From assembly GCA_900088475.1 (NCBI GenBank), contig FLMG01002852.1, forward strand, positions 1-40,562: a stretch of DNA of 40,562 nucleotides. The letters run 5' to 3'. This document shows positions 25,611 through 37,389 of the stretch, one piece after another. The translations under genes were made by a program, and so were the position numbers. Numbering within the stretch: position 1 is the first letter of the stretch; each line of letters begins with the position of its first letter. This stretch comes from Hyphochytrium catenoides. Lineage: Eukaryota; Protista; Hyphochytriomycota. A model generated the notes under the pieces. It was not told the origin of the DNA, did not search any database, and was given only the letters and a program-made list of their open reading frames with translations.

Positions 25611-27079
25611 GGTGCCTTGTGGTGGATAGCGTAGGAGCTATGCGTTGGTTAGAGGTGCTTGCGGGGTAGCTTCTTGGTGAAGTCCTTCTGGTGGTTTCTT
25701 TATGGCTGATCCGAGGAAAGTTTGACAATGAGGTAATGCTGTGATGGTGATCGAGGGGCACCTCGCCGATATCAATTCATGGCCATGATTGAGGCGCATT
25801 CTCTTCTTCCCCTTCTGCCTTCTTACATCGATGCAGGGGGTAGTGATTTACTGCACGAGATATATATGGGATGGTGATATGATGAGTTATCCAGAGAGAC
25901 GAGGCGATCATAGAGGTCATCTGTTTGCCCCTTCATGACATTGAGAAGAAGAGCACAGCATCATCGGCCATTGAACCCGGCATGACAACCCTATCATACA
26001 CCTTCTCTTCGGCTTTGTGACGAGCCCAGCAGACGATAGGAGTTCTAGTGAGAATTGGAGCTTGGTGTGAGAAATGTGGTGTTCCATGGTATTTGGTGCG
26101 TAAGATTTACTCTTCTCCTGCCAGGGCAATGATAACTTGTTTCCAGGCTCGCTCAGCTAGAAGTAGAAGTCTAGGATTTCTCTAATGTAGAAGTATTGGC
26201 ACGGCCGCAAGGTTTCCTTGTTGTGTCGTCAAGTCCGTCTCCCCTGCTGATGACCTGCTCTTTGTCACTTCTAAAATCTAGTCCTAGGGTTGGCTGGTCT
26301 CGTAGTTCTGTACTAAGACTTTATATTACTGTTATAATATGGGTTGGTGGTGAATTATGATCATGACGATTGATGCGTCGTGACTACTTCTTTAAAATCT
26401 CTGCTGACCTTTTCGAGAGTGATGTTCTTTCGTCGCGTGAAAGAAATCCATGCTCATGTGAATTGTGACAGGCGACAGCCAGTAGTTCTACGGGTGACCA
26501 ACACAAAGAAGCAAGCAGACCACCAAACAGACAATGGATAAGGCAACGCTTCCGGGCGCGCGCTCTCTATTTTGTATGTTGTTGACTTTTGGCTTCGTGT
26601 TCGTCCTTCTTTTCCTCTGGACGGAAACAAGAGACAAAGAACCTCTAGAGCTTCCGTTGGAGCCAGGCCGACAGCTATAGGCCATAGGAACAGACTTACT
26701 AGTTCTACAGTTGTTCTTCTACTACCGTTTTAGCCGCTGCTACTTCGAGAGACACATCAAATTACCCACAGCCACATGCTTATTGGCCACAGCCTGTCTC
26801 GAGTCGCTAATCACAAGGTAGCGAGGGACCTTCACCTTTACCCTTTCTATGACAATCACTCATCAGGATAAATCTTAACTCAGGATAGACCTACGCGAGA
26901 TTCGGTCAGAACTACTTCCTTCCTTCCATCATCATAGAAGACATTTTTTTAGTGTTTCCTAGTAACAGGCCGAAGAATCTAGGACAAGCGAGGTGTAGAC
27001 GGTCTTTCTCTTGGGTTACATGTAGCAATTTACACATGAACATGCATGTTGCAATGCACTATCGCACATACATATCTTT

Positions 27080-27900
27080 TTGAGTGGCCGATCTGTCTGA
27101 ATGTCACGAAGCGAAGATAGCGTTTTTGGGGTCTTTATTAGCACAGCGGTAGGCTCTACACTATTGCAGATACAGCGGACTATGTTTCAGAAAAGTTACT
27201 TCTGACGGCACTGTGAAGACGTTGTTGGGCCGGAGCAAGGTCTTCCTGATAGTTCTGGATCTTTCTCATAGGTCTTTCGATGCCTCCTTCTGTCCTGAAA
27301 GAGGCTGTGGGCATCGCCCTCAACACTAGCGGCAATATCTATGTAGCAGAGCCAACCGGATCTGTGAGCTCCTACTTAGCGGTGCGGTCATCATCCTGGC
27401 TGTTGTCAGTGGCATGGCTATTGTCAGTGGCATTCACAGCAGGATCATGGAAAGGCTCCAAATGCCTACCTTTGGCGCCGTCAGGATCTGGCGTTGGACA
27501 AATGTGGCAAGAAAGTTCTTTACGCACGCAGGCCACAATAGCTGCACCACAAGGATCACAGCTAATAGACAATACCTGTCCTCACAAATGCCCAGAAGAA
27601 TGTCAGAGGTCACGGCCACGGCACCGCCACGTGGGCAACGCTTCGCTACTCTGATACCCCACGAGTATCACCATACACGCAAATAATAAGAAGCATATAT
27701 TATCGTGACAACTGGGTTAAATAGGATAAGGAGGATCCCCTCTATGATACTGCAAAAACGATTGCGGATTCCTATCATTTCCTGGGTACAGCGACCGCTT
27801 GGCGGCATCCCTAACTTCACCACCCAGACTGCCCGTTTCCTCCGAGGGAAGCATCGCTGTGGCCGAAGAGTGTCTCAAAGATCAGGAAGCTGACATATGT
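27080..27900 (+). pseudogene. Decayed 3' portion of the NHL-repeat gene (copy 2)
   Basis: Colinear similarity to ~22690-23541, e.g. ttgcagatacagcg, ctgtgggcatcgcc, atctgtgagct.ctac.tagcggtgcggtca, tgtggccgaagagtg, gatcag.aagctgac. Broken by many frameshifts and stops; the 5' limit is uncertain. Confidence 0.85.
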
Positions 27901-28606
27901 CAGTGAACCAAATAAAGAAAAAAGCAGCGTGTTCCCCATGGGTTGGAGAGTTCAGCAATGAACGTCCAAAATCTGCAGTAACAACAGGGGGCATCTTCGA
28001 CTGACGAGAAAGACGAACAGAAAGAGTAGATAGAAAAAGAGTACAGGGGAGAGTAAGAAGCCTGCGTGGGAGGCTGTTTGGAGTTGTCCCTCTGTTATGA
28101 GAGCCCTCTTAGACAACAGAAAGAGTGGTGCGCTATCAAGCTTCTGCGATTCATGACGAATGAACTACTTAACTTGTTTGTTATCTTGTTGAAAGTTTAG
28201 ATGTAGATTTGCATCATTGTCGTACTCTCCATCGCCTAGAGAAAATCACACTTCAGCGACCGCGGCATATGCGCATAGGTGGTGTCTTCTGACACCTATC
28301 GCTGTGCCGGTTGACACTAGACAAACAAGACGAAGATGCAGGCTAACCCAAGGAGGAAGGGCGGGCTGCTGCTGGCATGATGCATGATCCTGGGCCGCTG
28401 CAAAGGCTGATATAACTCTTGCGGATAGTAGACTAGTACGTTTACTTTGCGGAGCAAGACATTCTAGAGCAAAAATTCTGTTATGATAAGCCTTTATAAA
28501 AGAGAACGTTTGTTCCAGCTAGGTTACATTCGGCCTTGTTCCCAAAGATCGTTACTGCTACCTGACGGATCCTGATAGATTAGTCCGATAAGTTTGTTTC
28601 TGATGC

Positions 28607-29056
28607 CTAGTTCCTTAGGTTGGTCTTGCCCTTAGGAGCCTCACTGACCTCGCTTCTGTCAACGGCAGCGTCAGCAGGTGCTTCAGGAGCCTCCTCAAGA
28701 TCGGCGCTCCGGCCACCAGAAGGACCATAGCCCATGGCAAAGTGAGCAGACCACTCGTACGTGTCACACTTCGCCGCACCGTAGTTATTCCTAGCCGCGT
28801 TGGACAAGCAAAACTTACAGCGGTCAATGCCCTCGTTCGGGTTGGCCCACGCCTGACCCCAGGTCCAAAATTGACGGTTGCCGAAGATTCCGCTATACCA
28901 TCCCCAGGTATTCTCCGCGGTGTTTATGACGGCCTCCTGATCGGCACCATATAATGTATTAGGGTTCCACTTGCTGCAGTCGGTGGAGCCTGCGTCAGCG
29001 CTGGCGGCGAATGCTGCTGCTACAGCAAGAACGAAGGCTGAACTGGTGGTCTTCAT
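28607..29056 (-). CDS. Small secreted Trp-rich 4-Cys prepro-protein, copy B (149 aa)
   Basis: Paralog of copy A. The true start is taken as the MKTT ATG at 29056, not the longer ORF-track start at 29437. Confidence 0.9.
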   Translation of the reverse strand: MKTTSSAFVLAVAAAFAASADAGSTDCSKWNPNTLYGADQEAVINTAENTWGWYSGIFGNRQFWTWGQAWANPNEGIDRCKFCLSNAARNNYGAAKCDTYEWSAHFAMGYGPSGGRSADLEEAPEAPADAAVDRSEVSEAPKGKTNLRN

Positions 29057-30629
29057 GGTACTTGTGGGTGGTGGATAGCGTAGGAGCTGTGTGTTTGTTG
29101 GAGGTGCTTGTGAGGTAGCTTCTTGGTGATATGAGGTCCTTCTGGAGGTTTTGTGTCTGATTTGAGGAAAGTTTGATAATGAAGCAACCCTGTGATGGTG
29201 ACCCGGGCACCTCGCCGACATCAATTCATGGCCATGATTGAGGTGCACTCTCTTCTTCCCCTTCTTCCTTCTTACATCGATGAAGGGGGTAGTGCGTGGC
29301 TTACTGCATAATAAACTTATTAGGATGGTGAAGAAGTTATCCAGAGAGACGATCCCATCATTGTGGTAGTCTGTTTGCCCTTCATGACAATGCGAAGAAG
29401 AATACCGCATCTTCGGCCATTGAGCCTGGCATGACAACCCCTATACACCTCCTCTTCGGCTTTTTATTGTGACGAGCCCAGCAGACAATAGGAGTTCTGA
29501 CGACAAATGGAGCGTGGTGTGAGAAAGGTCTTGTTCCATGGTATTTGGTCCTTGATCTCACTCTTCTCCTGCCAAGGCAATGACAACTTGGTTCCAGTGT
29601 GCCAGGCCCGCTCACCCAGAAGTCTTTTTGTTTAGTATAAATGTAAACAGGGCAAGAACCACGGCACTGATAAAGATTGACACGGCCGCAATACTTCATG
29701 GTTGTGTCGTGGATTCCGTCTCTTCTTCTGATGACCTGCTCTCTGCACTTCTAGTCTTTAGTCCTATGGCTGGCTGATCTAGATTATACTTCGATTTATT
29801 ACTGTTATCTGGCTGATGGATGAAGAGTGATGACGACGCGTCGTAACTATTTCTTTCTCTTATTAGTTGACCATTTCGAGAGTGATGTTCTTTTGTCGGG
29901 GTAAAAAAATCCGGCTAATGTGAGTCGTGAGAGGCGACAGGGAGTACTGGCGGCCGCGGCCCACACTAAGAAATAGAAAACTAGACAGACAATGAATAAT
30001 CAAGGCTCTGTTTCCGGGAGCATCAATTTCCTCCCTCCTAGTTGGTGCCTGTTATTCGTTTTTTGCTTCGCATTCTATCCGCTATTCTATGTACGGAAAG
30101 TCGAAACGACTATGACGGCATGATAGCTCTCCTATCTTTCCGTAAACTAGAGTGGTAAAATGGGAACAATCGCAACCAACGATGTACTTTTCCCGGCTGA
30201 TCATCATTCGAGGTTGCTACTGTTTTAGTCTGGTGCTACTCTGAGACAGCCAAACTACCACCAGATGCTTACTAGTCACAGCCTGTCTCAAGTCTCTACT
30301 CACAAGGTAGCGAGGAGCCTTCCCATGATGAACTTCCATCCTTTCAATGACAATCACTCATCACTCATCAGGCTAGAAGCTTTGACTTCCACCTTTCCAC
30401 ATAGCTTTTTCGGGGCTTTGCTCTCGTTCTAATAAAATGACCCGACAATCCCATTTCATGCATAATGTAACTCACAATCCAGAGTAGAACTATGAGAACT
30501 ACTTCCTTCCTTTCACCACTACAGAAGACAGTACCGATGACGGTTCAGGATAAAGCGAGGTTCTATCGGACTGCAATCGTCCACCCAAACATGCATCGTT
30601 GCAATGCACTATCGCACAATGTAGATACT

Positions 30630-31525
30630 AAGTTGAGTGCCCGATCTATCTCACAGTCGCAAAGAGAAGATAACAGCCTTGGGAGTCACTATTAACAGAG
30701 CGCTTGGTGGATGGTATCACCATTCTAATGGTGCTCTGCATGGTTGCCGATACAACGGACTGGCACTTCAGGAAAATCACTTCTGATGGTACGGTCAAGA
30801 AGTTTGTTGGCCGGAGTTAGAAGTTAGCAATAGCTCTTTCGATGCCTTTCCTCTCCTAAAGAGCCTGTGGGCATCGGCCTTGACATCAAGGGCAATCTAC
30901 GTAGCAGATGGGGAAGCCCACTGATCTGCGAGCTCTTCCCGTTTGCCGTGGTCAACATCATCTTGACCGGTGTCAGTGGCAATCACGGGCATATTCTTGG
31001 GTCAGTGACAATCACGGGCATTATAGTAGGATGATGGAAAGGTTCAAGATGCCTACCTCTGGCGCCCCCGTGGGTCTAGCGCTGAACAAACCTGGCAAGA
31101 TCTACGTCAGGGACCGCGGACGCAGATAACAGCAAGTGAAAGAGAGACACCACAGCTGATAGACACACTGTGCTCACAATTGCCGGAAAATGCGTCAGAG
31201 ATCACGCCGATGACACCGCCTCAGTGCATTGTCCCACTACCCCTAAACCCACTAAACCCTTGTGGTGCCGTAGACGCCAATACGGAAGTTTTCTGTCGTG
31301 GAGGCTGGGGTATAACAGGATAAGAAGATTCTATCGCCCAATGATATTGCGGAGGCCTGGTCGCCAATATCTTGTGATCATCCTAGTTGAACGCCGGTAT
31401 CTTGTGATCATAGTTGAAGTACAGAGACCGTTTGTCGCATCCCTAACGCCACCACCCGGACTGGCTTTATCTTCCGACGTAAACAACGCTGTCGGCGAAT
31501 TCTCAAGGATCAGGCGCAGCTGATC
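30630..31525 (+). pseudogene. Decayed 3' portion of the NHL-repeat gene (copy 3)
   Basis: Colinear similarity to the NHL gene 3' end (gagcctgtgggcatcg, gtcagtggcaatc, gatgcctac.t.tggcgccc, ggtctagcg). Residual peptides VGLALNKPGKIYV, LTIAGKCV, YNRIRR, ASLTPPPGLALS; frameshifted. Confidence 0.85.
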
Positions 31526-32827
31526 TTTGCTTGTAAAAATAAAGATAAAGAAAAATAGCAGCTGTGGCCCATGCGTTGGAAAGTAAGCAATGAAAGTCCG
31601 AAAGAGCGCAGAATTCTGACAAACGTGAAACAACAGGGGCGTGTTTGACTGACAAGAAAGACGGACAGAAGGATCGATTAGCAGGGGAGAGTAAGAAGAA
31701 TGAGTGAGAGGCTATTAAACTGCAAAGATAGCCCCCTCAGCCAACAACAGTGTTGGTGCGCAGTCAGCCTTCTTCTAGGACTAAAGGCGAACAATTCAAG
31801 TGCAACCACTTTTTTTATATCACGGAGGTTTAGATGAAGATTTGCATCATACTCTTCCTGTTCTTGTTAGAGCAAATCACACTTCAATGACTCTCGCATA
31901 TGAGCAAGATCGCAACAGCTGCTTTCTTTTTTGGTTGACGTCTCCACACAAACAAGGCTTAGATGATGCCTGCTGACGCTAGGATAGGCGGGCAGCGGAC
32001 ATGAAGTCTGTCTGGCTTAGGGCTAGGGTTAGTTACAAAGGCTGATATACTCTTGCAGATCGTAGACTAATTCGTAGTTGGGGGTAAGACAGCAGAATGG
32101 AGGACATGGAAGCCCCCACTACTCGCACTAACGTTAAGCACCAGCGGCAACTACCTACTGCCAGTAGATGGCAAGCGATAAGAAGATTGGACAAAGAAGC
32201 AAGAGAATGCCGACGGATGCCACACTTCTCCTACACCAAGCAGCACTAAAGGAGATAATAGGAGTGCAGTTAGACATCACCAGTGGAGGTCATAGGGTGT
32301 TCGCTGCCTACTTTTTTCATGAACAAAATCCACGTTCAATAAGGAGCTTTATAGTTGCTGCCACCAGCTTTCTCACTATGTCCACGAGCAAAATGGGTGC
32401 AAACTTCCCTGCTTACCTACGTTATCATTATGAGAGTAAGGTATCGTAGAGCTGGTTACCGTGCCGTCTAGACTTATCCTCGTTCTCTTCACACCATCAT
32501 CTCCGCTGTCGCAAATATTCGGAAGCAATGGTGATGGAACACTGGATAGGGAAGTAAGCCGATATCTAAACTCTCTTCTATTCGAGTCTGTCTCCTCCTT
32601 CTCGTCGCTCGCTCTCTTTTCCAACTTGGATAGTTGCTGCCAGATATAGTCCTGACGCTTTCCACGACCAACTGATGGTAATAGGTTCGAGAGCAAATAT
32701 CTATTACTAGCTTTTTTATAAAAAGAAAACGTTTCTGGCTCAAGGTACACTGGGCCTTGCTACCAAAACTAGTTGACTGCTACCTGGCAGGCTTTGATAA
32801 AATTATACCAGCAAATGCGTGTAGTGC

Positions 32828-33280
32828 TTAGTTCCTTAGGTTGGTCTTGCCCTTAGGAGCCTCACTGACCTCGCTTCTTTCAACGACGGCGTCAGTTGGT
32901 GCTTCAGGAGCCTCCTCAGCATCGGCGCTGCGGCCACCAGGAGGTCCATAACCCATGGCAAAGTGAGCAGACCACTCGTACGTGTCACACTTCGCCGCAC
33001 CGTAGTTGTTTCTGGCTGCGTTGGACAAGCAGAACCTACAGCGGTCAATGCCCTCGTTCGGGTTGCTCCACGCCTGGCCCCAGGTCCAGATCTGGCGGTT
33101 GCCGAAGATTCCGCTATACCATCCCCAGGTATTCTCCACGGTGTTTATGACGGCCTGCTGATCGGCGCCATATAATGTATTAGGGTTCCACTTGCTGCAG
33201 TCGGTGGAGCCTGCCTCAGCGCTGGCGGCGAATGCTGCAGCTGCTACAGCAAGAACGATGGCTGAACTGTTGGTCTTCAT
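32828..33280 (-). CDS. Small secreted Trp-rich 4-Cys prepro-protein, copy C (150 aa)
   Basis: Paralog of copy A; start taken at the MKTN ATG at 33280. Confidence 0.9.
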   Translation of the reverse strand: MKTNSSAIVLAVAAAAFAASAEAGSTDCSKWNPNTLYGADQQAVINTVENTWGWYSGIFGNRQIWTWGQAWSNPNEGIDRCRFCLSNAARNNYGAAKCDTYEWSAHFAMGYGPPGGRSADAEEAPEAPTDAVVERSEVSEAPKGKTNLRN

Positions 33281-34949
33281 AGTGCTTGTGATGGATAGCT
33301 TAGGAACTGTGTGTTTGTTGGAGGTGCTTGTGAGGTAGCTTCTTGGTGAAGTTCTTCTGATAATTTCTTTGTGTTTGGTCCGAGGTAAGTTTGATAATGA
33401 GGCAACCCTGTGATGGTGATCGAGGGGCATTTCGCCGATACCAATTGGTGGTGATGATCGAGGCGCATTCTCTTCTTCCCCTTCTTCCTTCTACTTTGGT
33501 TGCAGGAGGAGGTAGTAGGAGCGTATATAATAGTTCTAGTTGCAAAACTATTGAGGGAGAGGATGTCATCGCCGTCGTCATCATCTGCTTAGATACCCTG
33601 ACCATTGCACCAAGAAGGGTATGGCCAGTGTGAAATCGTGCTGGCAAAACGATCAAACCCATTCAAGACCTACTCGTCGGCTAATTTTCAGTGGAGCTTC
33701 GGGAGAGAAGAGTGATGGTCCGTGATTTTCGGCCGATGGTTTCTTCGTTTCTGACAGTGACCTATGACAAATTCTGGTATCTTTGAAGAAGAAGTCCATT
33801 TGTTATGCTGGTAAGAAAGGAGAAAGGACCTACACCGATAAACGACAGGGTCTCGGTGTTTCGTCATCGTTGTCATGGGTTTGTCTGTCTATCTACCTGA
33901 TGATCTGCTCTTCGTGGCACATCTCGTAGACCTACAGCGGGCTGACAGATCACCTAAGCAAGACCTTATGGGTGGCTGATGGATGACGACGATGACGACT
34001 GCTGTGGTGATGTCCTGTCGTCAGTTGAAAGAAATGCAGGCTAGTATAAGGTGTGACAGGCGGCAAACCTGTAGTCCTGACCTAAAGGAAGCAACAGAAG
34101 AGGAACTAAACGGTCTGGGTAGAGTACTAGATCTACCTCTCTCCGATCGGGTGTCCCATACTATTTTCCTATTGGTATTTGGCTTCGGTTCTTCTATCGT
34201 CTTATGATAAAGCGTAGAAGGACTACAGCATGACCACCTGATAGCGCTCCTCATATCTTGGTTCGGACTACTATACACCGATACCGACCAATTGCAGTGG
34301 CGCGAATCAATAGTACTTATTCCGTCTAGCGTTTAGTTGATGGAATGTTTCCGGTTGTCTGTCTCTGGAGGCATGAAGATAGACTACTAACTTGATGACC
34401 TTGTGAAACTCCTAGAACTGTACTACTGTTTTAGTCCGCTACACTTCGACACATAGCCACACTACTAACGGCACGTGCTAGCTTATTTACCTACAATCCC
34501 TCTCTAGTATGAGACTTTCACATGGTAATCCTCCATCCTTGCGGTGACAATCACTCTCTGCCTTCTGCGCAGCGTCGGCGGTATCATTATTCCTAGAAGT
34601 GATATGCCAGTCCAAAACTGACTTCGAATCGAATTAGTAGTTCTTTCTACCACCAAAGAACATTATTCTTCTTCTGCCTAGTCTTTCCCTTTATGAGAGA
34701 GCCCACCACATAATCGTGAAGGTGGAAGAGGAAGGTCTTCAAGTACTTCACGATGCGCGTGGTATGCCGAACGCGCACGTTGCGCAGAATTAGTGCATGG
34801 ACTATGTGAAGATCTGCTCTAGCACGGAAAAAGGAAGAGGAAACAAAAGAAGGCTCAGGATAAAATAAGAGCATGACCAAAACACGACTCTTTCTGACCT
34901 CTCTGGGACTGAATGTAGAAGGGTGTAGGTGCTGGACTCGCCATTGTGC

Positions 34950-36440
34950 TATTTTGAGACGATCATCGCATAGAACTACCATCGCTGTGCACAGTTGGAA
35001 AACCATGGATAGGATGACGGAAGGAGGAGGAGGTTCCACAACTGGCGACAAGGTCCCCAGACAATAGCTGTTTCAAGTGGAGGTGCTTTCCAGGACTAAA
35101 GACCGTGCTGGGCCATAGTAGGGCGGGTGCATCACAGTGGCCGACCGAAGAAAAAGGGTTTTTGAACTCTGTCCTCCCTTGTGATTTACCAGGCATCGCT
35201 GCAGAGTAACAAAACCCGCAGATCAGTGCTGTACGTTCTCTAGAACATCTGTCTACCTCTATCGCAGAATCCGTTGATTTTGGAAAGTAGTTCTACATTG
35301 GCTCGTTCTAGTAGTATCAAGATTCGAGATCTCTGTAGTTGCCTGTAACGCAGCTAGTTCTACGAGAAGGGACTCTTGGAACAGCTGTGCATGACCTTCC
35401 TATCTTGACTCGGGCACGTTTCCTTCCTCTGAAAGTGCCGAGAACTACGCCTTTTTTTGTTGAGCGAAAGATGTGTTTCCGAGTTGATGATGACGAAAGA
35501 CTGAATCGGGACGGTCTCTTGCCGAGCGCTCGCTGACAACCAAGTCCTACTAGAAACTGAATGTTTGTCCACATCCATTGCCACTTCTGGGACAACGGAT
35601 AAACGACGATTCGCATGTCGCGAACTTGGAGGGAGGACTGGCAGTAACTTCCAGCAAGAGCAATGCTAAGCGTAGTTCTCGGTTGTAGGTAGTGATACAA
35701 GTGTACCGGCCTTTCTCGAGGCATAAATACTCATTAGAAATGGACTTGTTTAAGAAGTTGCCTTCTTCTACTGCTTTATTCTTCTAACAGTTGCGTGAAT
35801 AGGAGGGCAGTTACTTAGATCTACTACGACCGGCACGAGCCAGATCGGTACTCGGAGGTTTATGATGTTATTTTCTATGAAGAGACTTTCCTTGGAACTA
35901 CTAGAAGGAGACATGAGGGTAGTGAAGAATTTTAAGGTAAAACGGTACCCGAGAAAGAGAGAGTAAGAGGAGGAGGTCACCCAACTGTGCACTGTGCATC
36001 TGCATTGATTGTACAAGTCGAACTACCTCTTACCTCCAAGATTTTGGGGATGACCAGCGGTTATCAAGGGCTTGTCAACCTTCATTATCATCGTGGTATC
36101 CACCCAGGAACATCATTCTTCTGGGCATCAAAGGTTCCCATTGCACCTGCTACTGATTACAGAAACTTAGAAGTACATCATCACCATAACGCTATGAGTT
36201 CGAGGGAAAAGTTGCAACCTATAATGACAACGGTAGATCGTAAAGAGTAAAGAATCAACTTCTGGCTGTCGTTCTACCACCAAGCAAATCTTCTGTGAGG
36301 AGCTCCTTGACACGTCCCTGTCGCCCTTTTTGTTTCTGCTGCGTAGCCTCCGTGAATGTCTGCGTAGCCCACATTCATGGCCTGCCGAAATAGAAGTCAA
36401 TAGAATAGTTGAAGGTCGCCATCAAGATACCAAGATTGAC
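34950..36440 (-). mobile_element. Possible highly decayed retroelement pol (DIRS/Ngaro-like RT-RNaseH-methylase order)
   Basis: Scattered degenerate motifs in plausible order on the minus strand: WYLDGD (~36425), MFLG..DTTM (~36110), TYNREL (~35685), NKKA*FS (~35455), DA..LLWP (~35130), PPPSVIL (~35030). No continuous ORF. Confidence 0.3.
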
Positions 36441-36617
36441 TTTTTGTTTGTTATTGGCCGCCAGGAAGCCAGAAGACGAGGGTGGTGATGGTGGCGTGCA
36501 ATCGACTATGCTTTAGTTACACCCCACACACGCTACCTCGGTCTTTCCAGCAAAGAAGGTTAACGCACAGGTGGGCCTTTCACCATGATCTGGTCGTCAA
36601 TCAACAGTAAAAGGTTG

Positions 36618-36636
36618 GCTCATTATCAAGCTTTCC
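36618..36636 (+). promoter_or_regulatory. Putative initiator-like core promoter motif of the secreted gene family
   Basis: gctcattatcaagctttcc ~110-130 bp upstream of the ATG. Equivalents on the minus strand at 25715-25733, 29166-29184 and 33384-33402. Resembles the oomycete INR+FPR element (TCATT...TTT.C). Confidence 0.45.
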
Positions 36637-36745
36637 TCCAACCAACCACAAGGAGCCCAAGAAGCGCAAAGCACTTCACCCGGAAGCTAGCTCACCGGCA
36701 ACAGGAAAACACCCCACAGCTCCTACGCTATCCATCAGAAGTACC

Positions 36746-37198
36746 ATGAAGACCAACAGTTCAGCCATCGTTCTTGCTCTGGCAGTAGCATTCGCCGCCA
36801 GCGCTGAGGCAGGCTCCACCGACTGCAGCAAGTGGAACCCAAATACCTTATATGGCGCCGATCAGGAGGCCGTCATAGGCACCGTGGAAAATACCTGGGG
36901 ATGGTATAATGGAATCTGGGGCAACCGCCAGATCTGGACTTGGGGCCAGGCGTGGAGCAACCCGAACGAGGGCATTGACCGCTGTAAGTTCTGCTTATCC
37001 AACGCAGCCAGAAACAACTACGGTGCGGCGAAATGTGACACGTACGAGTGGTCTGCTCACTTTGCCATGGGCTATGGACCTTCTGGTGGCCGCAGCGCGG
37101 ATCTCAACGAGGCTCCTGAATCACCAGCTGACGCTGTTGTTGAAAGAAGCGAAGTCAATGAGGCTCCTAAGACCAAGAAGACCAGTTTGAGATATTAG
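36746..37198 (+). CDS. Small secreted Trp-rich 4-Cys prepro-protein, copy D (150 aa, inverted)
   Basis: Paralog of copies A-C on the opposite strand; intact ORF with ~150 bp of homologous 5' flank. Confidence 0.9.
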   Translation: MKTNSSAIVLALAVAFAASAEAGSTDCSKWNPNTLYGADQEAVIGTVENTWGWYNGIWGNRQIWTWGQAWSNPNEGIDRCKFCLSNAARNNYGAAKCDTYEWSAHFAMGYGPSGGRSADLNEAPESPADAVVERSEVNEAPKTKKTSLRY

Positions 37199-37389
37199 TT
37201 AGAAAATTTAAAGGAAAGAGGGTCATCGCCGGACCAGCATCAATTTAGTTCTTCCTTTTCCAAAAATCGGTGGTATAGGAGAGAGACCTCCAGGTCATTG
37301 AGAGGTATCAGACGGTGCGTGGCACTCTATGAGCAGAGATGGCGGTGGGCAATAGAAGTAGAAACTGTTCAACCGTTCATGGAACATCT

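Larger units (their letters stand above)
22690..34560. repeat. Diverged tandem segmental triplication of the unit [NHL 3' part > < secreted gene + upstream region]
   Basis: Secreted-gene stops at 25161, 28607 and 32828 (spacing 3446 and 4221 bp). Non-coding landmarks recur in order: tgatga(c/t)ctgctct (~26250/29730/33900), gtga.aggcg.ca (~26465/29927/34053), tgacaatcactc (~26850/30350/34545), ggagagtaag(c/a)ag-like sequence downstream of each NHL copy. Confidence 0.88.

Noticed and set aside
29057-29437. N-terminal extensions of the 276-aa ORF (and of the 200-aa ORF, 33281-33430)
   Set aside because: Not conserved in frame among copies; the signal peptide begins at MKT; the region is 5' UTR/promoter.
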